A stretch of DNA of 26,544 nt from Tubiluchus corallicola (taxonomy: Eukaryota; Animalia; Priapulida), in NCBI GenBank assembly GCA_030141605.1, contig JAQGDQ010002425.1:1-26544 (forward strand), given 5' to 3'. How positions within the stretch are numbered: the first letter of the stretch is position 1; each line of letters opens with the position of its first letter. The notes beneath the pieces were generated by a model, which ran no database searches, was not told the origin of the DNA, and was given only the letters and a program-made list of their open reading frames with translations. This document shows, one piece after another, positions 1 to 6,911 of the stretch. The position numbers and the translations under genes were made by a program.

Positions 1-1227
1 ATTGCAGAAGCCAAATGCTTAAGAGCCTACTATTATTTCAACTTAGTAAGAACCTTTGGTGGAGTGCCTGTATATACAACTATTTCTCCCAGCCAGTTCA
101 ATAAGCTACCAAGGAACACACGCGATGAAACTTATGAACAAGTAGAAAGAGATGCACTGGACGCCTTAAACACCGAAGAGTTTCCAGAAACAGACGTAAA
201 ACGAGAGGGCAGGCTTTCAAAGAGAACTGCTCGCGGACTATTGGTAAAAGCATATGCACAATGGGCAGGAAAATACGACGAAAATGGAGATGTTTTGCAA
301 GACTTAGATTTATGGAGAGAAGCCAAAGAAATTGCAGTACCCTTAAAAGAATTGCCTTTGTGGTCTGGAGAGGATTATGAAAACTTATTCAGAAAAAAAG
401 GTGAAAATAGCGATGAAACTATTTTAGAAGTTCAATATATGCTTGACGGACCTCACGACCAATACGGCAACGGGGCTCTCTTTTTACAAATGTCTGGACA
501 CGCGGGTGGGAAAGCTGTTTTTCATCCTACAAAAGACCTATTTGAAACCTTCGAGGAAGGAGATAAAAGAAGGGAGCTTACTTTGGCAACAGCAGACTCT
601 ATATTCAACTGGGAGTTAGAAAGATTTGAAGAAACACCCTCTACATATATAAATCAAGAAACAGGTTATATGTTTATAAAAGCTTACAGAAAACCCGGTG
701 ATTCCGAAAGGCAAACATTTGGCAATTCTACTGATTGGAGGTATTCAGGCTATAACGACCGCACCATACGCTTGACAGATATTTATCTACTATATGCCGA
801 AGCTTGTGCTAGAACAAATGATGAAGACAATGCAAGAACTTATTTGAACGAAGTGAGAAAAAGAGCAAGAGAGTATGCAATATCAAAAGGCGAAGCTAAC
901 TCTGTTTTGCCCGATGTTTTAAGTTCTGGGCAAGAGTTAATAGAAGCCATACTACACGAAAGAAGAGTAGAGCTGGCAGGAGAAGGCCACCGCTGGTACG
1001 ACTTGGTAAGAACAGGCAAGCTAAAAAAAGTTATGGAAAATGGGTATGAAGCCCCTTGGCCTGAATACAAAAATTTCTTTAAAGACAGTGAAGGAAACTC
1101 AGTATCTCCTCCTGTTGATACTGTAAAAATAGAAAGTTTTAACATAAAAAAATTTCACGTTCTACCTCTACCTATAAGAGATGTGGAAAACTCTTTTGGT
1201 ATATTAGAGCAAAATTTTGGCTATTAA
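1..1227 (+). CDS. susD: RagB/SusD family glycan-binding outer membrane protein (5'-truncated by window edge)
   Basis: Frame is open from base 1 (IAEAKCLRAYYYFNLVRTFGGVP), so the track start at 64 is internal. SusD C-terminal motifs are present: IRLTDIYLLYAEA, LNEVRKRA, ERRVELAGEGHRWYDLVRTG, LEQNFGY. Confidence 0.93.
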   Translation: MAEAKCLRAYYYFNLVRTFGGVPVYTTISPSQFNKLPRNTRDETYEQVERDALDALNTEEFPETDVKREGRLSKRTARGLLVKAYAQWAGKYDENGDVLQDLDLWREAKEIAVPLKELPLWSGEDYENLFRKKGENSDETILEVQYMLDGPHDQYGNGALFLQMSGHAGGKAVFHPTKDLFETFEEGDKRRELTLATADSIFNWELERFEETPSTYINQETGYMFIKAYRKPGDSERQTFGNSTDWRYSGYNDRTIRLTDIYLLYAEACARTNDEDNARTYLNEVRKRAREYAISKGEANSVLPDVLSSGQELIEAILHERRVELAGEGHRWYDLVRTGKLKKVMENGYEAPWPEYKNFFKDSEGNSVSPPVDTVKIESFNIKKFHVLPLPIRDVENSFGILEQNFGY

Positions 1228-1393
1228 TTCATTTAACTGCCCCCTTATGAAAAAAGCACACAACCAGCCAAATAAGAATGTAGGCAAAAAGAAAACAAAG
1301 CATAATATAATAGAAATAATCAAAAAAAATACCTGATTAATAGCCTCTACAAATGAATAAAATTTACCCCTAATTTGTTTTGTATTTTCACCC

Positions 1394-1488
1394 ACCACCC
1401 GACTTGGCAACTATCCTTTTCTTGCCGTGTTTTACTCTTAGGGTTTTGCTGATACTGCTTTTGCGTTGTGTAAAGCTATAAGTTTGCT
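1394..1488 (-). repeat. Copy A (most degraded, partial) of the cassette homology arm
   Basis: 1413-1488 atccttttcttgccgtgt...tgtaaagctataagtttgct aligns to the copy at 4768-4933. On the minus strand it reads QTYSFTQRKSSISKTLRV, then a 1-nt deletion, then TRQEKD. accaccc at 1394-1400 resumes the match after a 12-nt insertion. Confidence 0.85.
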
Positions 1489-1521
1489 TTTCAAAGAGAT
1501 GACGACTGGGAAGAAGCAATA

Positions 1522-2031
1522 ATGGGCGATAAAGAAAACCCAGAGCAACATAAAACAGAGCATTATTTCTATGTTCCTATTACCTATGCTTATAAAACAG
1601 ATATGAATGTAGAAAATTTAAACGCCAAAGTAGAAATATCCGAAGGAGCTACCATAGAACCCAACCCAGAAAATATAAAAAACTATACAGAACCTGTAAA
1701 ATTTACTGTAACTTCTGAAATAGGACTATATACACACTATTTAGTCACCACAAGAGCCGCATCTACAGAAACGAAAATAGACACGTTCTATTTTTCGAGA
1801 AGCAATAACGGATTTGAAGCAATAGGAATTATTACTAATAATCAAATAGCAGTAGAAGTACCCTATGACACAGATACTACAAAGCTCATTCCTAGCATAA
1901 AAATATCTGAAGGAGCTACCATCAGCCCTAAAATAGATACAACTAACTTTGCCAACCCAGTATACTATACCGTAACAGCTGAAGACGATAACTTTACACA
2001 AGGCTATGAAGTAACTGTAACCATGCAATAA
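1522..2031 (+). CDS. DUF5018-like / cadherin-like Ig repeat protein, probably an N-terminally truncated fragment
   Basis: Two repeats of the type ISEGATI.P....NF..PV.YTVTAED. No signal peptide, unlike the paralogue at 2875. The reading frame opens at ~1474, inside repeat copy A. Confidence 0.7.
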   Translation: MGDKENPEQHKTEHYFYVPITYAYKTDMNVENLNAKVEISEGATIEPNPENIKNYTEPVKFTVTSEIGLYTHYLVTTRAASTETKIDTFYFSRSNNGFEAIGIITNNQIAVEVPYDTDTTKLIPSIKISEGATISPKIDTTNFANPVYYTVTAEDDNFTQGYEVTVTMQ

Positions 2032-2213
2032 GATTAAACGTGCCTGCTGGGGCAAAGGAAAACAATCTTACTCCCACTATAAAACTCTCTCCCAGAGCTA
2101 CTGTGAACCCTGCAAGTGGTGAGGAGCAAGATTTTTCAGACATCACAGTAATTTACACCGTAACCGCAGGTAATGGTGACACCAAAAAATACTCTGTATC
2201 TGTAATAGAGTAG
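2025..2213 (+). pseudogene. Out-of-frame third DUF5018-like repeat of the upstream gene
   Basis: Manual translation in a different frame from 1522-2031: AIRLNVPAGAKENNLTPTIKLSPRATVNPASGEEQDFSDITVIYTVTAGNGDTKKYSVSVIE*. It matches the repeat consensus and has no ATG start. Confidence 0.75.
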
Positions 2214-2223
2214 CCCTGTAATA

Positions 2224-2741
2224 TTACCAACCACCAATGTTACGGTCGTAGACTCTACCTTCTACAAAAAATCCATCACCTGTTGGGGTATAGCTGAATG
2301 CATATCTGTAACGAATTCCAGAGTGTTCTGTTGTCCAAGACACACCTGGTACGCCAGAAACATTTCCATAAAAACAAGCACCTGTGGCTGGTTTTAGGTC
2401 TGTATAGTTTGGATTATAATCCCTAATATCTACATAAATATAACCTAATTGTGACTTGCCAATTTCAGAAACAGGTAGTTCTACATTTAGAGACCAAGCG
2501 TGTACATTTAGTGGCCCAGAGCATGAGTCTACGTTTTTAGCACGTACGGTCAAAACCCCACTAATCGTTGTTGGCGGTCTTGCCCCCACTGTTACATCTC
2601 CCGTTTCTCCATAATCCGATACCACCCCATCCTTTTCTTACCATGTTCTTACTCTAAAAGTTTTGCTGCTATTGCTTTCTGTAAAGCTATAAGTTTGTTG
2701 CCCTGTATTTCGGTTAGTTACAAAAGTCCAACTACCACTAT
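2224..2741 (-). pseudogene. Silent cassette: conserved arm plus alternative C-terminal tip domain of the 4449-5195 gene
   Basis: Minus strand reads SGSWTFVTNRNTGQQTYSFTESNSSKTFRVRTW*EKDGVVSDYGETGDVTVGA followed by ~118 aa of open, divergent tip. It lacks the N-terminus and has an in-frame TAA where the intact copy has CAA. Confidence 0.85.
2582..2741 (-). repeat. Copy B of the cassette homology arm (160 bp)
   Basis: Manual alignment to 4768-4933 gives about 13 substitutions plus one 6-nt in-frame gap (~92% identity); same orientation. Confidence 0.95.
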
Positions 2742-2874
2742 CTTAAAAGCTCATTAAGGTTTGAAAAAAAAGTGTATTGCTCCTTTTAATTTCTTGTAAA
2801 AAGCTTTTTTTTTTAATAAAAAATGATTATTATTGCACATTATTTAAAAAAATTAATTTAAAAATTTGTGTATT

Positions 2875-4359
2875 ATGAGCAAAAAATTATTAATCTTACT
2901 CTTAGCAGCAATCTTAGTTAATTGTAGCAAGGAAGATGAGATAAGTGATGGAACTGGTAATAGCGACGAAAACTATTTGTTATCATTTAAATTAAGTCAA
3001 GAGATAAATCAAGGTTTAACGGAGACATATACAATAGAAAACCCTACCGATGAAAATGAAGGAACTGTAAATTCTATAAGATTACCTTCTGAAACAGACA
3101 GAAAGGAACTGATACCAACTTTCACAGCAAGCGAGGGAGCAGTAGTTAAAATAGAAAAAGGAAACCTTATTATAACTCAAACATCAGGAAAAACTAAACA
3201 TAATTTTTCTGACAACGATAAAACTACTGCTACAAAATATATTGTTAGCTCTGAGAGTGGAAAAGATAGAGTATATTATATCTCAATTTCGTCATACAAC
3301 AATGAAGATAGCTTATTAAGTTTCAAGTTTGATAAAGACATTACAGAAAACGATGAACTTGGACTTACAGAAACAGCTGAGATAAAAAAAGAAGATATTG
3401 TTACGGGAGATAATACCCTAGAAGCCTTTTTTGAAGATGTTTCTTCTAATGAGAACTTGAACGGATTAATAGCAACGTTCAAGGTAAGTGAAGGAGCTAT
3501 AGTTACGGTTGGTAATGACGTGCAAAAATCAGGAGAAACGGAAAATGACTTTAGTAGTCCCGTAGTATACACTGTTACTTCAGAGGATGGGGAAACATCA
3601 ACAACTTACACAATCAATGTTAATGCCTCTCAACGAACAGGTAACGATTTTTCACTATTCCAGTTTACTAAAGAAGCAAATACAAACATACAACAAACTG
3701 TTATAGGTATAATTGAGAATATTGACGCTAATGCAGGAACTGTTACATTGACCGTTCCTCATGGCACAGCAGTAGATGATAGCTTGGTAGCAAGCTTTAT
3801 AACAAGTGCAGGGGTCAAAAGTGTTACCGTAGATGGAGAAAAACAAATATCAGGAAAAACTAAACATGATTTTACTGCTGACAAAACATACACCGTTACC
3901 GCTGAGAATGGAGGTACGAGAACATATACTGTTTCTGTTGCATACGGACACGAAAATGCAGGAGATTACGAAGGAGAACAAAAATTCATTGCAGGAAACA
4001 ATGGCGATGGTCCAAATGGTGAGGGTACATGCACTTTCACACAGAAAGTGTATCTATCTATAGATAACAACAACAACCTTACAGGACAGGCATATATAGA
4101 AGGAGAACACACAAGTCAGTCAAACATATTTTTTTATCCAGAAACAGCCGTAGATGATAATACAGGAGATTTTAATTTCAATACAACCTATACACCTTCT
4201 TCTTCTTCTGCAATTATAACTAATGGTTGTCTCACCCTTGACAATGAGATAACAATAGCTATTACAGGCAATGTAGACAATGGTAAAATTACTGGTACAG
4301 GTCAAAACGCAGGTGAAACAATTACTATAGAAAATATTAATGCACACAGAGTTAGGTAA
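2875..4359 (+). CDS. Surface lipoprotein with three DUF5018-like Ig/cadherin-type repeats and a distinct C-terminal domain
   Basis: Lipoprotein signal MSKKLLILLLAAILVN-C (ATG at 2875 preferred over TTG at 2866). Repeats LLSFK...LIPTF.ASEGA.V.....Q.SG.T..DFS....YTVT.E.G..R.Y occur three times. Confidence 0.82.
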   Translation: MSKKLLILLLAAILVNCSKEDEISDGTGNSDENYLLSFKLSQEINQGLTETYTIENPTDENEGTVNSIRLPSETDRKELIPTFTASEGAVVKIEKGNLIITQTSGKTKHNFSDNDKTTATKYIVSSESGKDRVYYISISSYNNEDSLLSFKFDKDITENDELGLTETAEIKKEDIVTGDNTLEAFFEDVSSNENLNGLIATFKVSEGAIVTVGNDVQKSGETENDFSSPVVYTVTSEDGETSTTYTINVNASQRTGNDFSLFQFTKEANTNIQQTVIGIIENIDANAGTVTLTVPHGTAVDDSLVASFITSAGVKSVTVDGEKQISGKTKHDFTADKTYTVTAENGGTRTYTVSVAYGHENAGDYEGEQKFIAGNNGDGPNGEGTCTFTQKVYLSIDNNNNLTGQAYIEGEHTSQSNIFFYPETAVDDNTGDFNFNTTYTPSSSSAIITNGCLTLDNEITIAITGNVDNGKITGTGQNAGETITIENINAHRVR

Positions 4360-4376
4360 AACAAATAACCAATATA

Positions 4377-4414
4377 CATACCCCATAAATAACGAAACGA
4401 ACTTATGGGGTATG
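4377..4414. terminator. Putative bidirectional hairpin between convergent genes
   Basis: cataccccataa (4377-4388) and ttatggggtatg (4403-4414) form a perfect 12-bp stem with a 14-nt loop, between stops at 4359 (+) and 4449 (-). No clear U-tract. Confidence 0.6.
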
Positions 4415-4448
4415 CTATTAAGAGTAATCTTTATACCACAAGAGATTT

Positions 4449-5195
4449 TTAATGTGCAAAAGGTGAGTAAGCCACCCCGCGAACAAGAAAATTATTTGCC
4501 ACTGGCGTAAATCTAAATCTATAGGTTATAGTACAACCTTGACTGTCAACAGAAACAACAGATATACTCGCACCAGTAACACCAGTACTCTGGCAGACTG
4601 ATGATGATGTGGTTATAACACGCCCCAGATATCCAAATGTTACATCTACACTTTTTTGCTTATTAGGCTCTCCTAAAAAAGATTTAGAAAAATAACTAAT
4701 TTCGTTTGACCAACAACTTCCTCCATTGAGGAGAACAAGTGAAACCCTTACAGATCCACCATAATAAGCCCCCACTGTTACACCCCCCGTTTCTCGATAA
4801 TCTGATACCACCCCATCCTTTTCTTGCCGTGTTCTTACCCTTAATGTTTTGCTACTTGAGCTTTTGCTTTCTGTAAAGCTATAGGTTTGCTGCCCTGCAT
4901 TTCGGTTAGTTACAAAAGTCCAACTACCACTATTTATTCGTTTTTCCACACGCGTTAGCCCTTCGTTTACAAGGTGGCTTTTGTTGATATTGCCCGATAT
5001 GGTAACAGGGTTGCTGCTACTGTTGCTAAGGGATATACTAGGTGCAGTAGTTCCCAGTTGGTAATACATATTGCCATCCAAGCCTTTTATTCCTTTTACA
5101 GTCTTTAAATTACTACCCACATTTACCTTTTTTAGATGTTTCTTGCTCCTATCATTGTTTTTGACATACAATTTCTCTTTCCATATTTTTGTCAT
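4449..5195 (-). CDS. Hypothetical phage-tail-associated protein: Ser/Thr-rich beta-sandwich (FN3/Ig-like) region plus variable C-terminal tip
   Basis: Intact 248-aa ORF directly downstream of a tail-fibre-repeat gene. The segment W.....TYSFT......RVR.....VSDY resembles the end of an FN3-like domain. It contains repeat copy C followed by a ~105-aa tip. Confidence 0.65.
   Translation of the reverse strand: MTKIWKEKLYVKNNDRSKKHLKKVNVGSNLKTVKGIKGLDGNMYYQLGTTAPSISLSNSSSNPVTISGNINKSHLVNEGLTRVEKRINSGSWTFVTNRNAGQQTYSFTESKSSSSKTLRVRTRQEKDGVVSDYRETGGVTVGAYYGGSVRVSLVLLNGGSCWSNEISYFSKSFLGEPNKQKSVDVTFGYLGRVITTSSSVCQSTGVTGASISVVSVDSQGCTITYRFRFTPVANNFLVRGVAYSPFAH
4768..4933 (-). repeat. Copy C (intact, in-gene) of the cassette homology arm (166 bp)
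   Basis: gcccccactgttaca...caactaccactat; encodes SGSWTFVTNRNAGQQTYSFTESKSSSSKTLRVRTRQEKDGVVSDYRETGGVTVGA. Confidence 0.95.
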
Positions 5196-5216
5196 AATAC
5201 TTGATATTTTATAAGA

Positions 5217-5867
5217 TTAGTAATACAAACTACCAGCAGGGTCGGAAGACTGAAAACTGCCTTCTGTTTTCACAAGAGGTTTGTTCAGTATCTGAGCCAC
5301 TCCACTTGTTGCAGCCCAGTCACTATTCTTCTGCGGCTCTAAATTATTCACCGCATCCCTCACTGCCTTACTGGTGGCAAGGGTGTTGCTACTGTTCAAT
5401 GTGGTGCTGTCGCTTTTGGGTAAGCCTACAAGTTCTCCATTGGGATTTATCTTGGCTAGTCGTAGGTTGGGGTAGTTGTTTGCGTTTATTTCTAGTTCAT
5501 TAGCTCCTGTGGACGATGTGTTTACCTCGGCTACATACCTACGTGAGATGGCTAGTGCTGTTCCGCCAACATATTCGCGTTTTTTTACCTCTACTTCGCT
5601 TTTACTTAGGTAAATAGGTAGTGTGGTGTTGGTAAGGGCTTCGAAGTAGCAGAATTCACCATCTATATAGGCTATGCCTTCGCTTAGGTTGTAGGGTCCT
5701 GTGCCTGTTGCTTCTATGCCGGCTACTACACAGTTGCCTACTCCTTCAAGCAGCTTGTTGCTTATTTCAAGTAGTGTGTTTTGCATATTCACCCAATCGT
5801 CCGAGAACCATTTACGTCCTCCTTCTCCAGTTGTGTAAACTTGTCTTTCTAAACTTTTTTTTGCCAT
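5217..5867 (-). CDS. Phage tail fibre-like protein
   Basis: SDSTTLNSSNTLATSKAVRDA resembles the phage tail fibre repeat (LSSATNSTSETLAATPKAVKAA type). SDWAATSGVAQILNKP resembles the SDW...I.NKP motif of phage tail proteins. GIAYIDGE is typical of baseplate-attachment N-termini. Confidence 0.7.
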   Translation of the reverse strand: MAKKSLERQVYTTGEGGRKWFSDDWVNMQNTLLEISNKLLEGVGNCVVAGIEATGTGPYNLSEGIAYIDGEFCYFEALTNTTLPIYLSKSEVEVKKREYVGGTALAISRRYVAEVNTSSTGANELEINANNYPNLRLAKINPNGELVGLPKSDSTTLNSSNTLATSKAVRDAVNNLEPQKNSDWAATSGVAQILNKPLVKTEGSFQSSDPAGSLYY

Positions 5868-6090
5868 AGTTTTACTTTTTTTTAAATGTTTTTATTAATA
5901 AAATTGTTTTGATACTACTCTTTTGTGTTCTCTTACTTGGCCCAACCAAGCGTAGTGAGCTCACGAGTGCTTTTGAGTATTGTAGTTGTACGAGCAAAGA
6001 ACATAAGGCCAAGCCTGTAAGTGCTTTTTCTTCTTGTTCTTTTCGTCCTTCGCTACAAAGGGCTCAACACTGTTTTTATTAGGCAGTATC

Positions 6091-6111
6091 ATATTCTGCT
6101 GTGCAGAATAT
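6091..6111. promoter_or_regulatory. Perfect 9-bp inverted repeat downstream of the Cro-like gene (operator or hairpin)
   Basis: atattctgc-tgt-gcagaatat. Confidence 0.35.
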
Positions 6112-6132
6112 TTAGTTTTTAGTCCTTAGTGG

Positions 6133-6342
6133 TTAAGTGTTTTTGTTCTTTTTGCTGTGCTTTACAAGTACTTTATCTATGTCTGTAAATACATCTATTA
6201 CATTCTGATATAGCCTTGTTTGCCTCACTCCTTTTGATTTTCCATTCTTTATCTGATTTACATAAACAGATGAACAACCTAAGGCTTTGGCTATGTTTTC
6301 ACTTAACGGACCTTTCATCGGATACTTTAAATTTATTTTCAT
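6133..6342 (-). CDS. Small Cro/XRE-like helix-turn-helix protein
   Basis: 69 aa, basic; HTH pattern NIAKALGCSSVYVNQIKNGK; divergent from a repressor-like remnant; has an upstream consensus promoter. Confidence 0.75.
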   Translation of the reverse strand: MKINLKYPMKGPLSENIAKALGCSSVYVNQIKNGKSKGVRQTRLYQNVIDVFTDIDKVLVKHSKKNKNT

Positions 6343-6372
6343 TTTTTATTTATGTATTTATTATTATGACAA

Positions 6373-6404
6373 CAAATATAGGTGTTTTTTTTCTTCTATG
6401 CAAA
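6373..6404 (-). promoter_or_regulatory. Bacteroidota primary sigma promoter for the Cro-like/tail operon
   Basis: Minus strand TTTG-catagaagaaaaaaaacacc(20 nt)-TATATTTG matches the -33 TTTG / -7 TAnnTTTG consensus, 30 nt upstream of the ATG at 6342. Confidence 0.75.
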
Positions 6405-6433
6405 TAATTTAACATATTTTTTTCTCCTATTTT

Positions 6434-6626
6434 ATGATGATATCTAAAAGGATTTTTAAATGCCCTGAAAATCAGAAAATTACAAGATGTGAGTTTTATG
6501 AGGAAATTGGTCTTCAAAAGGGCTTATTGATAAAAAAGGAATATAAGAATAGATATAGCAGATAAGATTCTTCTCTTTTATAACATAAGTCCCGAATGAT
6601 TATTAACAGGTAAAGTAGAAAGGTAG
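6434..6626 (+). pseudogene. Degraded CI-like phage repressor N-terminal HTH domain
   Basis: MMISKRIFKCPENQKITRCEFYEEIGL, then frameshift(s), then RNIRIDIADKILLFYNISPE*LLTGKVER*. ISPE(W)LLTGK is the signature closing Bacteroidota phage repressor HTH domains; the Trp codon is TGA at 6597-6599. Confidence 0.72.
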
Positions 6627-6911
6627 AAAAGTAAGGAAGAAAAATACTTGATAGGTTTGCGTAAAATATCTACCATCCTAGCACAATATACATTGAGAAA
6701 TCTCTAAGCTAAAAAGTTTTTAGAAAAAAAGCTTTGGAAAAACTATAATATTGTACTTATCCTCTTTATGAGTTGTAGTTCTCAAAAACAAGGGTGTAAA
6801 GAATTAACAAAACTTACAGGTTTTATTCTATTACCTGAAATAGAAATAAAAGGTGTCAAGGGTTTTAATTATCAATTTGTATGTAGTTGCTAAAAATTAC
6901 ACATAATTTTG

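Noticed and set aside
2805-2814. T10 tract as a phase-variable promoter spacer
   Set aside because: Long A/T runs are common throughout these intergenic regions; no specific support.
2582-4933. Diversity-generating retroelement TR/VR pair
   Set aside because: Differences between copies are mixed transitions and transversions plus an indel, not adenine-specific. The repeat precedes rather than covers the variable region, and no reverse transcriptase is in the window.
1394-4933. Shufflon / invertible tail-fibre locus
   Set aside because: All three copies are direct, not inverted, and no tyrosine or serine recombinase is present.
1394-4933. CRISPR array or IS/MITE copies
   Set aside because: Repeats are long, protein-coding, kb-spaced, and lack terminal inverted repeats or cas genes.
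5868-6092. Small gene between the Cro-like and tail genes
   Set aside because: Only a 43-codon minus-strand frame (MILPNKNS...) without recognisable motifs; may be debris.
6597-6599. TGA-as-Trp recoding
   Set aside because: Other genes use TGG for Trp and TGA as stop (23192, 26295), and the same remnant is also frameshifted.
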